Virus record (IMG/VR): IMGVR_UViG_3300028797_000108
Coordinates: 64,001 to 128,000 of that record
Source: a virus
Taxonomy: Duplodnaviria; Caudoviricetes
Strand: one strand, 5' to 3'
Length of the DNA: 64,000 nt
Below are positions 10,191-19,043 of this stretch, piece by piece; within the stretch, counting starts at the first letter, position 1; every line of letters starts with the position of its first letter. The position numbers were made by a program, and so were the translations under genes. A model generated the notes under the pieces. The model was given only the letters and a program-made list of their open reading frames with translations. It ran no database searches and was not told the DNA's origin.

Positions 10191-11415
10191 GACCATTCCT
10201 ATCTTTAACATTGCTTCCCGCACATTGACGATTACATTTGAAGAAACTGATGGCTTAAGAGTTATCAGCTGGTTAGATACGATTATCGCATTACAGCGTA
10301 ATGCTTTGCCTTATGTGGTCGGCATCCGTGTTAAAGAATTCAATACACGCTTCAATAAAATCGTATCTGACAAGTATTACAAGTGCGTCCTTTCAACATA
10401 CGATGAACCCGCCTTCTCAAGAACAGGAGGTCCGGGTATTGTTGCTGTGTCGGCAACATTCAATATCATGTCAGAACAGCCTTGGTCTCAAAACCTCGCA
10501 GATGCACACGATGTTGGTAGAGGTAAAGCTATTGAAGATGACGCTGGCTTGACAACCGCTCTTGCTGCTGCAACTGATAATACACAGCCAGTCAAGCCTC
10601 TTGTTGAAAATCTTACACAATGGACAAATGAATTTAAGGATGCTTACGAAGCTGGTAAGAAAGATGAACAAGCCAGCTCAACAACTGAACATGGCAACAC
10701 CGTGCCTACAGGCGTCAAAGTCGCAGGTAAGGGCGCTGCAGGTGTATCAGATGTCAAAGGCATTCAGGCAGCTGGTGCTGCTGAAGTTTACGGCACAAAT
10801 GGTATGGGCAGAAAGGAAGGCTCAAAGAACGCCGTTTACTTCAACAAGATGGACGAAGGCAAACAGGCAGGCAAGTTGAATTTTGGCGCCGGTAATACTC
10901 AAGTATTCCTTGAAGGTACTGACCTCAAGAATACACAGCTGACAATCATCAATGCTAAGACTGGTGAAAAGCTCACGGGTACTATGGACCAGCTGACTAA
11001 ACAGCTCTCAAGCCGCAGCGATGCAAACAGTTCACAATCTCAATGGAAGATGGACGATGTTTCAGCTCAGAAGGTTGAAGATATCGCTCTAGGCAAAGTT
11101 GCTCGAAATGTTCAGAGGAATGTTGACGCTGATATCTTGAAGGCTATGGACACTGATACTCTCGGTGGTTTGTTCCATCAGGAATATGGCTCTGGTGGCA
11201 GCACAGCAGCAACTGGTAGATATCTGCGTGAGAATAAAGCAGCGGCTCTGGAAGATCTTAGAAAGAACAATGGTAAGTTCTCCGAAGAGTTCGCTAACAA
11301 GATGGCGGCTAGCCTTGGTGCTAACATGCGAAAAGAAACAAAGAACTCGTATGTTGACCGAACCAAATACTTCACTGGAAGAACTGGCTACGCGGTTTCA
11401 CACAAGCACGCCTAA
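10183..11415 (+). CDS. C-terminal part of the tail-tube-like domain plus an extended C-terminal region
   Basis: RTLTITFEETD..RVISWLD...Y.KCVLSTYDEPAFSRTG..IVAVSATF completes a gp19/gp54-like fold. Confidence 0.55.
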   Translation: MAKTIPIFNIASRTLTITFEETDGLRVISWLDTIIALQRNALPYVVGIRVKEFNTRFNKIVSDKYYKCVLSTYDEPAFSRTGGPGIVAVSATFNIMSEQPWSQNLADAHDVGRGKAIEDDAGLTTALAAATDNTQPVKPLVENLTQWTNEFKDAYEAGKKDEQASSTTEHGNTVPTGVKVAGKGAAGVSDVKGIQAAGAAEVYGTNGMGRKEGSKNAVYFNKMDEGKQAGKLNFGAGNTQVFLEGTDLKNTQLTIINAKTGEKLTGTMDQLTKQLSSRSDANSSQSQWKMDDVSAQKVEDIALGKVARNVQRNVDADILKAMDTDTLGGLFHQEYGSGGSTAATGRYLRENKAAALEDLRKNNGKFSEEFANKMAASLGANMRKETKNSYVDRTKYFTGRTGYAVSHKHA

Positions 11416-11425
11416 AGACTATAAA

Positions 11426-11447
11426 AGCGGCGTTTTTCAACGCCGCT
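11426..11447. terminator. Hairpin between convergent genes (probable bidirectional terminator)
   Basis: AGCGGCGTT-TTTC-AACGCCGCT flanked by A/T runs. Confidence 0.65.
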
Positions 11448-11452
11448 ATGTT

Positions 11453-11965
11453 TTACTTAACTTGAGGTTTTGTAATGATGCCCACAATCTTCGGCGGGAC
11501 GCCGTCAGGAATATCTTCTAAGTCGCAAGCACAGATCTTAACCTTGACCTTTTGCTTGAGGAAGTCGTAGTTCTTTTCATCCTTGTGCATGATCTTATCA
11601 TTGAGCTCGGCGTATTCCCTATCCAGCTTTTCTGTTTCATTCTGGAACTCAACATTCATGTCAGTAATGACCGGCTGTTTGTTCTCATCAAAAACAGGAT
11701 TGCCTTGTTCATCACGGTCAACATACTTCATAATGATGGATTTCATCTTCTGGCAGTATTCGTGATACTTAGGGTCGTTCTGTTCATCGTAGGTGCCTTG
11801 TGCGATTTGGGCATAAGGTGTGCCCAATAGTAGAACATTGTTGTAAATTACCAGGCCCCACTTAGCAGGAAGGTTTGTTGCTTCCAAGTTCTTGTGGCTG
11901 TATTCAAACAATGCTTTAATTTCAAACAAAGCAACTTCTATATCTTTTTCGTAGATGTTTGCCAT
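11453..11965 (-). CDS. Hypothetical protein, 170 aa
   Basis: RBS GGAGAGG; continuous with the gp55 operon. Confidence 0.75.
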   Translation of the reverse strand: MANIYEKDIEVALFEIKALFEYSHKNLEATNLPAKWGLVIYNNVLLLGTPYAQIAQGTYDEQNDPKYHEYCQKMKSIIMKYVDRDEQGNPVFDENKQPVITDMNVEFQNETEKLDREYAELNDKIMHKDEKNYDFLKQKVKVKICACDLEDIPDGVPPKIVGIITKPQVK

Positions 11966-11973
11966 ATCCTCTC

Positions 11974-12576
11974 CTATTCTAGGAATCTTGCAAGTCCAGA
12001 GACACCGTCGGTCGGATCATCAATGGTGTTGATGTTGTCAAAGTAGTCAAGGCCACTGACCATTCTCTTTTCTCTGTCCTTAATTTGGTTGACGCTTAAA
12101 ATGATACTGTTCGAGACGATCTGGGTGATAAATGCAAATGCAGAGGAACCGCGAGCAGGATCATATCTGTTTATGTAGCTAAATGCACAAATAAGTGCGT
12201 CTTGAATGATGTCATTTATGTCATCAGGATTCCGCAACGAGGTTCTTAACTTATATGAATTTATACGACCATTGATGATTAGCAGAAAGTCTTCACAGAG
12301 TTCATTCTTTATCTTTTCAAACTCAGCGTCAAACGCTTTCTTCTCTTCGGGCGTAAATGCTTCATACTTAGCTTGAAGCGCCTCAATGCTTTTGACTTTG
12401 TTGATGATAAAATCTTTACCTAGTTCAAACTTCTGTCCGTCAATCTTTTCATTGTTCTTCTTGTGTTCAAGTCGTGCGAGATAGGCAGCACACCAATCTC
12501 CCTTGTCGTTGATGTTCATACTATTGTAAAGATTCACCACCTCGCGTAAGCGTTTATTATTAACGTATTCGGGCAT
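11974..12576 (-). CDS. gp55: Late-transcription sigma factor, T4 gp55-like
   Basis: YVNNKRL N-terminus, DIIQDAL...YINRYDP..GSSAFAFITQI; start moved to MPEY after RBS AAGGAG; TATAAATA promoters in window. Confidence 0.8.
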   Translation of the reverse strand: MPEYVNNKRLREVVNLYNSMNINDKGDWCAAYLARLEHKKNNEKIDGQKFELGKDFIINKVKSIEALQAKYEAFTPEEKKAFDAEFEKIKNELCEDFLLIINGRINSYKLRTSLRNPDDINDIIQDALICAFSYINRYDPARGSSAFAFITQIVSNSIILSVNQIKDREKRMVSGLDYFDNINTIDDPTDGVSGLARFLE

Positions 12577-12627
12577 AGAATCTCCTTTATCTATTTTGTA
12601 GCATGTTATATGCTGGTATAAAAATAA

Positions 12628-12656
12628 CAAAAAAATGGGATCTTTGAAGACCCCAT
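12628..12656 (-). terminator. Rho-independent terminator
   Basis: ATGGG..CCCAT hairpin followed by a U-run on the minus strand. Confidence 0.5.
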
Positions 12657-12677
12657 GAAAATTTTCCGAGGCTGTGC

Positions 12678-13538
12678 TTAATGGGTTCTGAAGTTACGGC
12701 TATGTGCCTGAGCCTGTGCTGCTTGAGCCTTTGCCTTGGCAGCAGATTCTTGTTTTGCCATTTCCTCGTTTTCTTCCTTAATCATTACATTTGTCAATTC
12801 GGCTATCATCTCAAATTCAGGCCACGGAGTGTCATCGCTGATTTGATATGTAAGGTACTTGGTGATCTTCATTGACAAGGATATGATATCTCGCATGTTT
12901 ATCTGTCCGAACAATGCGCTTTCTGATATCATACACTGCATAGGGTTGATACCGTGACAGTGCGGACACTCAAGATCAAAGTGCATGTCAAAGCCAGCGT
13001 CATACTGCTTGCATGTATTCAAAAGGAATGTGAAGTCCATCACCTTCAAGTTCATAATGTACCTGACGGGGTCAGGCTTGCGTATCATTCTAGCCATCAA
13101 CTGCACATCAGGGTCTTCATCAACAATCTTCAAGTCAGCGACTGTTGACAGTTTAAGGCTAACCCATTCTCCAGATCTTGGAAGTTTGATGTTCCCAGGT
13201 GCTGACTGCAACTGTTTCAATGGAATGTCATCTAGCTTGATGGTAAAGTCAAACGGACGGCGACAATAATTGCATTTGCCGACGCTGACGCGGTATCCGT
13301 TTTCCTTCATGAACGAGTTTGCTCGCAACCAGAAGATCAAGTATGTGCGGTCACACAAAGCCAAGTCTTCCACTTGAATGTTCATGTAGAAGCATCGGTC
13401 AATGATTTCGTTAATGATTGTCTGCGCTGTGGCATCTGTCAATAGAGCAAGGAACTTAATGTCTCGAATGTTCAAGAACCTGCCCTTGATGAATGTACCT
13501 TCAGGATAGACCAACCCTCTTGATGGAAGATCTTCCAT
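12678..13538 (-). CDS. Baseplate hub assembly protein, T4 gp26/gp51-like
   Basis: LPSRGLVYP..IKGRFLNIRD...DRTYLIFWLRANS, CxxC pairs, IKLPRSG; start taken at MEDLPS. Confidence 0.7.
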   Translation of the reverse strand: MEDLPSRGLVYPEGTFIKGRFLNIRDIKFLALLTDATAQTIINEIIDRCFYMNIQVEDLALCDRTYLIFWLRANSFMKENGYRVSVGKCNYCRRPFDFTIKLDDIPLKQLQSAPGNIKLPRSGEWVSLKLSTVADLKIVDEDPDVQLMARMIRKPDPVRYIMNLKVMDFTFLLNTCKQYDAGFDMHFDLECPHCHGINPMQCMISESALFGQINMRDIISLSMKITKYLTYQISDDTPWPEFEMIAELTNVMIKEENEEMAKQESAAKAKAQAAQAQAHSRNFRTH

Positions 13539-13554
13539 TTCAATAGGTAGATAA

Positions 13555-14238
13555 TTATACTGTTGCTGCTGCTGCAAAATGTGCCTCCAATGTTCCTGTA
13601 AAAATACCATTAACGACAATGCCGTTCGTAGACAAGCATGTGCCAGCAATGAAAGCAGGACAAGGCGGCGTTGATGTGACAGCCATCTGCAGATATCTTG
13701 ATTCTAGCTCACAGAACTTATATGCGTCAAGCGCTGTGCCTAACGCCTTTACCGCAGCCATGAACTGAGCGCCATACATTGCGTAATGCGCCGAGCTCAT
13801 CATAACAACGCCCATACTGTTGCATACATAAGGAACAACAGGAGCAGACTGCAGCTCAGCAACGCTTCGGGTCGTTGATGATACGCGGTTAAAGTTCAAT
13901 GACATCTTGCTGCCGAACAGGTTAAACAGGTTGATGAACGACATTTCTGGAACACCACACCACAAGGCAGCCTTCACCTCACTTTCAGTCAAACGAATAT
14001 GATTTGGAACGAAGTATCCAAAATTGTTAGCCACAGGAGTCGTAATCGGCGGGGAGAATGGAAGGACAGTCACTCCAGTCACTGGTAAGTGCCTTTTACC
14101 AAACTCATCTTCAAGTTCCTTCATATACTTGTTCAGCGCTTTTGTGGTATTCCTGATATAGAATTCCATATCGGGATTGTCACCTTCCAATCGCAACTGC
14201 GGATTTATCAACGGTCTCATGTGGGTTTCAAAACTCAT
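13555..14238 (-). CDS. Hypothetical late protein, 227 aa
   Basis: Preceded by a late promoter. Confidence 0.7.
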   Translation of the reverse strand: MSFETHMRPLINPQLRLEGDNPDMEFYIRNTTKALNKYMKELEDEFGKRHLPVTGVTVLPFSPPITTPVANNFGYFVPNHIRLTESEVKAALWCGVPEMSFINLFNLFGSKMSLNFNRVSSTTRSVAELQSAPVVPYVCNSMGVVMMSSAHYAMYGAQFMAAVKALGTALDAYKFCELESRYLQMAVTSTPPCPAFIAGTCLSTNGIVVNGIFTGTLEAHFAAAATV

Positions 14239-14242
14239 GTTA

Positions 14243-14250
14243 TATTTATA
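14243..14250 (-). promoter_or_regulatory. T4-type late promoter TATAAATA
   Basis: TATTTATA on + strand just upstream of ATG 14238. Confidence 0.65.
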
Positions 14251-14305
14251 ACCCGCAAACCACCCTACAAATGTACATTATAATTCCATTGGTAATTCAA
14301 CAGAC

Positions 14306-14334
14306 AAAAAAGAGGACACCCGTAGATGTCCTCT
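14306..14334 (-). terminator. Rho-independent terminator
   Basis: AGAGGACA-loop-TGTCCTCT with U-run on the minus strand. Confidence 0.7.
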
Positions 14335-14357
14335 ATCATCATAATTGCTGTATTTAA

Positions 14358-14693
14358 TTACTGGTCCTGATACCATTCTTCAAAGTAATCATCAATGAGT
14401 TCTTCCCATTCATAGAACATATCAACAGTATCGGGATTGTCCTTTTCTGGGTCAAACTTTCTATTTTTAGTTACATCATACAAGTAATCAAGAATGCTAA
14501 GGCACGGGCGTTCCTTCATCTTGTCTTGCATAGATTCTTTTACCCATTTCTGCAACAGAGCAGTAGTCACTTTATACTTAGTTAGACCATACTTTGCGAT
14601 AAAGCCTCTAAGTTTCTGCATCAGTCCATTTGTTCCTGCCTCACAGATAAACCCTGCTTGCTGCAACTTTGTCAATGCTTCATTTAATTCCAT
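14358..14693 (-). CDS. Hypothetical late protein (possible internal head protein)
   Basis: RBS AAGGAG, late promoter, MELNEA...ICE N-terminus. Confidence 0.7.
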   Translation of the reverse strand: MELNEALTKLQQAGFICEAGTNGLMQKLRGFIAKYGLTKYKVTTALLQKWVKESMQDKMKERPCLSILDYLYDVTKNRKFDPEKDNPDTVDMFYEWEELIDDYFEEWYQDQ

Positions 14694-14727
14694 TTTGAAA
14701 ATCTCCTTTGAAAAATTCCTTCTATTC

Positions 14728-14735
14728 TATTTATA
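14728..14735 (-). promoter_or_regulatory. T4-type late promoter TATAAATA
   Basis: TATTTATA on + strand. Confidence 0.6.
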
Positions 14736-14738
14736 CTT

Positions 14739-15881
14739 TTAGTTCAATCCTTTCCAGAATGAATTGGCGTCAATGCCAGCACCGAACATCGAGTCGCCTG
14801 GCAAGCTCATATACATCGGCGGCGGCAAAGCGTCATCACCAGTTGCCTTCACTTCAGCCACACAAACTCCGTCAAGGTCTATCTCCGGCTGCTGTAAGCA
14901 GTAGGCTGCCCAATACAACCCACTCACCAAGTCATCGTGATTATCACCAGTCGCACGATACACACCAGTGCTCACTTCTTCAAACCTTGAAAGCTCCTTC
15001 ACAGTTTCCGAATCTACGACTTCAAGCTCCCCTCTTTCAATCATCGTCTTCAGTATCTTACAAGCATCAATCTTCGTTGAGCGGTCCGCACGAGTACCAA
15101 GGTTCCCTCTTTTGTCCGTCGAGATCATTCCGTTGTCGCCAATCTCGTAATATAGAACATCCGCTACTGTTCTGCCAATATCATTATTTTCAATAATGTA
15201 CATAGCAGAGTTATACATCTCACTAATGTCATGAACGACTTCAGCAAAGTCCTCTGGGCGAATCGTATTTCTGTGATACACCGCAACCTGTTTATACTTT
15301 CCTTTCGCTACCACTCGCAGCACCTGCACCACTGAATAGTCAGCAGCAACACCCATCGCTGAATCCACGCCCATAACATACAATGCTTTCGGATCCGGCT
15401 TTTCATATATCAAGAAGTCATACCCCAGCTTATATTCAACCGGGTCACAGATTTTCATCTTATCCAAACCTTCTTCCGAAATCAAAGTCGATGTAGAACC
15501 ACCAAACGCACAGTTATGGTTTATTACTCCATTTACTTCCAAGTACCTTATTCCATCAACATTTAATGGGGTATATACGTCATTTAATCCTATTTGCTTA
15601 ATTTCAACAACAGTTCCGTCAAATAACTTCCCATCAACTGATATTGCTAATCTATCCCCTTTTTCTATCTTATCTAGTCTAATCCATTTACAACTATCAA
15701 TAGTCAAATCCCATTCTTTTCCACGGGGGATAATTAACACCTGATGATCATTACTGCCTTTAATACAATTTAATGTACCGTCAGGTTCTCCATTTACTTT
15801 ATATCTAATCTCGAGGCATTTTGCTTTTTTTCGCACAATACCGTCAAAATCCTTAAACCCATCATCTGTAAGTATCTGCAT
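14739..15881 (-). CDS. terL: Split-intein C-fragment fused to the terminase large subunit C-terminal nuclease half
   Basis: Extein CAFGGSTSTLI..YVMGVDSAMG..DYS..IIENNDIG..HDDLV resembles T4 gp17 nuclease; preceded by about 123 aa of intein ending NGVINHN. Confidence 0.85.
   Translation of the reverse strand: MQILTDDGFKDFDGIVRKKAKCLEIRYKVNGEPDGTLNCIKGSNDHQVLIIPRGKEWDLTIDSCKWIRLDKIEKGDRLAISVDGKLFDGTVVEIKQIGLNDVYTPLNVDGIRYLEVNGVINHNCAFGGSTSTLISEEGLDKMKICDPVEYKLGYDFLIYEKPDPKALYVMGVDSAMGVAADYSVVQVLRVVAKGKYKQVAVYHRNTIRPEDFAEVVHDISEMYNSAMYIIENNDIGRTVADVLYYEIGDNGMISTDKRGNLGTRADRSTKIDACKILKTMIERGELEVVDSETVKELSRFEEVSTGVYRATGDNHDDLVSGLYWAAYCLQQPEIDLDGVCVAEVKATGDDALPPPMYMSLPGDSMFGAGIDANSFWKGLN
15513..15881 (-). 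mobile_element. Intein C-fragment (IntC), AceL/GOS-TerL-type atypical split
   Basis: Starts MQILTDDGFKDFDGI, block B SNDH, block F VYTPLNV, terminal HN|C; no Cys1/block A; in-frame TAA upstream; AT-richer than the extein. Confidence 0.85.
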
Positions 15882-16331
15882 TATAATTACTCCTTATATC
15901 ACTTCACTACCCCTATTTAATAATCTGTTATCTAACTGTTGATAAGTTGTATACTCGGGGTTATCTAAAAGTGCATCTATTTCTTTATTTATTCCTATTA
16001 TCTCCTTGGGTTATTTTTGTTGCTATCTTTGGGGTAGGGGTGGCTTTTTGTTGCTATCTTAAGATGTTGGGATATCTTTGGGTTGCTGTTGAACCCCTGG
16101 GTTAACTTTGGGAATCTTAGAACTTTTATTAAATCCGTGTATGACATTCGGAAGCGCCACCGCGGCACCCGCAGAAAAAACCTCAGGTTCTACCCTTGAC
16201 AGTGACAAAATTTGGTCAAGCGCATCATTTCCCCTATGGTTTTTTCATATTTTACACAAAATGCCCAAATTTCATCAATTCCGCAGATCTGTAAATTTTT
16301 AAGAAAAATCGTCATTATTTCCCCTATACCA

Positions 16332-16360
16332 TTTACAGTTATTCCGAAAATTGTTATATT
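16332..16360 (+). promoter_or_regulatory. Early sigma70-type promoter
   Basis: TTTACA-17-TATATT with TG extension. Confidence 0.7.
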
Positions 16361-16390
16361 TTGATTGTTGAAATAATAGAGGTACTCAAT

Positions 16391-16813
16391 ATGGCAAAAA
16401 GACAGATCAAACTTTCCGCACTCGCACAGCTTTTCGCTGACAACCTTAACGCTCACGCAAAGAACAACGGGTATGAACTGGACTATACGACCGCGGGCCA
16501 GATGGGTACCGACTACGATGAAATTCAAATTTACAACAAGGACGTTCTCGTAAGAGTCAGCGTTGGCCTGGGTCACATGGACTTCGGCGACGGCACGACC
16601 TATCCGTCCAACAACAAAGGAAAGATCGGGGTATATCCATCCTTCCGTCACGCACCTGGCGGCTGCTACTCCACGGTGCAGCTGAAGGGCAATGTTGAAC
16701 TGGACTACAGCGATCTGCGACCGGTTGACGTTGCGCCGATCCTCAAAATGTGGAAGGCGGTCGGTGAACGCTTCGCTGCGGTGAAGGCACTTATTGAGGA
16801 ACCGATCTGCTAA
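16391..16813 (+). CDS. Hypothetical early protein
   Basis: RBS GAGG; start MAKRQ. Confidence 0.75.
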   Translation: MAKRQIKLSALAQLFADNLNAHAKNNGYELDYTTAGQMGTDYDEIQIYNKDVLVRVSVGLGHMDFGDGTTYPSNNKGKIGVYPSFRHAPGGCYSTVQLKGNVELDYSDLRPVDVAPILKMWKAVGERFAAVKALIEEPIC

Positions 16814-16825
16814 GGAGATTTGAAA

Positions 16826-17317
16826 ATGGCTACCGATATTATTGAAATGGTAAAGCAGAACCCCGAAGTCAAATCTTGGGTCATTCACGACTCGACGGAG
16901 TTCAAAATCCGAGGGGAGCATTTTGACAACATTCGCTTGAAGCTCATGGAAGCGCTGGATGTGCCGCCTAAGAGCGTGGTTGTCTACGATATGCGCCGCG
17001 CTGAATTGGGCGACATTGACTGCCTGATTGATTTTTTCCAAGACATTCGCATGAAGACCGTTGAAGAATCTGCGGATGGCGAAGTCGGTCCGATGCCGAC
17101 CTTGATCTTGCACGGCATGAGCGGCGGTGATCTTAATGATGAAGCCATGGAACGCCTAGGTGATTACATTTCCCGTATTATGGGTAACAGCAGCGTTCCG
17201 GCTCGAGTGATGCTTTGGGTCACTAAGGCCGGCGACTCGCTCGCAAATGAAAAGAAACTGTTGCGCTATTTTGACAACATTGAAGGCGCATTTACCTGCT
17301 GTGGAGAGGTATACTAA
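16826..17317 (+). CDS. Hypothetical protein
   Basis: RBS AAGGAG. Confidence 0.75.
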   Translation: MATDIIEMVKQNPEVKSWVIHDSTEFKIRGEHFDNIRLKLMEALDVPPKSVVVYDMRRAELGDIDCLIDFFQDIRMKTVEESADGEVGPMPTLILHGMSGGDLNDEAMERLGDYISRIMGNSSVPARVMLWVTKAGDSLANEKKLLRYFDNIEGAFTCCGEVY

Positions 17318-17871
17318 TGGCTGAAGAAAACATCTATGAACACACTTTCTCGCACCCCGACTTTCGAGATATTGAATATGGAATGAGGGTGCTTCGCAAG
17401 TTTTGCGAACTGATGGGTATTACCGAAGACTTGCTCCTTCCTGAAGGAAGCGGCTGGTGCGTCAAATTGTCTAACTTGCCGAACAAGGAGGACTGGGATT
17501 TTCTCGAGTATGAATGGAGCTATTTGTTCCAGTGCTCGCCGAACCACAGTTTGGACTATCGCTGTTTGGACCACGATCTGACCGCTGGAAAGGTCGTTGA
17601 GGACTTGCTGGTAAACAACTTCAAGCTCAGCAAAAAGTACCCCCGTGGTTTCTCGTTCTATTGGGGACGAGATGACAAGACTGGTGAATTCTGGGTCAGA
17701 GATCAGTTCACTGGAACTTATCACAACGATATGGCTGCAGAAACCGTTGCGGAAATTGCAGCAAACAGACAGAAGGCAATGGGTGCTTTCTATGGTAAAC
17801 TGGTCGCCAATTTGACTAAGTTCAGAAAGAAAATGGAACTGACTGTTGAAAAGGCATTTTACAAGGAATAA
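17317..17871 (+). CDS. Hypothetical protein with C-terminal helix
   Basis: Coupled TAATG junction. Confidence 0.75.
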   Translation: MAEENIYEHTFSHPDFRDIEYGMRVLRKFCELMGITEDLLLPEGSGWCVKLSNLPNKEDWDFLEYEWSYLFQCSPNHSLDYRCLDHDLTAGKVVEDLLVNNFKLSKKYPRGFSFYWGRDDKTGEFWVRDQFTGTYHNDMAAETVAEIAANRQKAMGAFYGKLVANLTKFRKKMELTVEKAFYKE

Positions 17872-17873
17872 CA

Positions 17874-18428
17874 ATGTTTGACCAATTCGTGCTCGCAGAG
17901 CAAATTGAAATGGAGATGATTATGCAGAAGTTCAAAGGAATGAAGTTCGCTTGCGAAATGATGGACATTATCGCTAAGGAATTTGGCGGAGCCGATCCGA
18001 CGGTTGGCGCCTGCTCTAACAACGGAAGCAATTACATGTGCTTTTCGTTGAAGGAGAAAGACATCGGTGGTATCAGTAACTGGCTTGCTGGTATTGAACG
18101 AGGAAATGACGCTGACATGATTCGCATTTGGCCGACTCGTCAGGTGTTCGAGTACTGGGTTGTCGCCATGCCTCGCAAGCAGTTGATTGAGAACTTTATT
18201 GCTCACGGCTGCACCCTTTATAATAACAGGGAAAACCGAATCGTCAAGTGGAGCGCTGACATCAAGTTTGATGATTTCAAGACTCCTGCAGAAGCTGCAG
18301 AAAAGGTGGTGACTGAATTCCGTAATTTAGTTAGCCTCGGTGAAATCAACGACCGTCTGCACAGCAAGATTGAAAAACTCGTTGGTATTGAATTTGAAAA
18401 GATCGTGTGTCCGACAAAGAAGCAATAA
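17874..18428 (+). CDS. Hypothetical protein, paralogue of 18428
   Basis: Shared F..FK...EA.E....EFEK C-terminus. Confidence 0.75.
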   Translation: MFDQFVLAEQIEMEMIMQKFKGMKFACEMMDIIAKEFGGADPTVGACSNNGSNYMCFSLKEKDIGGISNWLAGIERGNDADMIRIWPTRQVFEYWVVAMPRKQLIENFIAHGCTLYNNRENRIVKWSADIKFDDFKTPAEAAEKVVTEFRNLVSLGEINDRLHSKIEKLVGIEFEKIVCPTKKQ

Positions 18429-18898
18429 TGAACGTTCAAGAAAGACTCCGGTTTACGGCTGACTTCATTGACGCTGCTATCCGTGAGACTAATTCAACCT
18501 GCTTTCAGCACAGAATCGTCGATCACGAGCCTGCGTATGAGCTGTTTGTAAAGGACTGTCCTCGTGCCCATAATTTATATGGGTCTGGCAATGACGCCTG
18601 CTGGATCATATTGTTAAAGCCGCATCAGGAACATTTCAGGTGCTATACAGTAGTTTCTTCTAGAGCGGATGCGATTAAGTTTTTCATCGAGAACGACCTA
18701 GAACTGCAGTATACAAAGATCTGCGACGGTAAAGATGTGATCCCATTCTCGCAATTTAAGAATGGCACGGAAGCCGGTGAATTTGCGGCAGCTAAAATAA
18801 ACGCAGTTTTTGATCTTATGGATATTGCTGAAAAACTGTCCAAAAAGGCCAAAAAACTGGCAGAAGCTGAATTTGAGAAAGTTCCGTTCTTAAAATGA
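18428..18898 (+). CDS. Hypothetical protein, paralogue of 17874
   Basis: TAATG coupling; shared C-terminus. Confidence 0.75.
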   Translation: MNVQERLRFTADFIDAAIRETNSTCFQHRIVDHEPAYELFVKDCPRAHNLYGSGNDACWIILLKPHQEHFRCYTVVSSRADAIKFFIENDLELQYTKICDGKDVIPFSQFKNGTEAGEFAAAKINAVFDLMDIAEKLSKKAKKLAEAEFEKVPFLK

Positions 18899-18957
18899 TG
18901 GAAACACAACTAAAGAAGACGGGTGGAAAAATAATGATTTTGACTCAATTTTGACCA

Positions 18958-18986
18958 TTGACGGCGTATTGAAAAATAATTATATT
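18958..18986 (+). promoter_or_regulatory. Early sigma70-type promoter
   Basis: TTGACG-17-TATATT-TTACTCGTAAA. Confidence 0.8.
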
Positions 18987-19043
18987 TTACTCGTAAATTG
19001 AAAACAAACTGATAACTGAAACCCCTTTAACCAAGGACAAAAC

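Noticed and set aside
12678-13649. ORF-track start with poly-Gln N-terminus
   Set aside because: Overlaps the upstream gene in another frame; start at 13538 preferred
16826-17317. Degenerate AAA-domain paralogue
   Set aside because: Only a vague pattern; no Walker motifs
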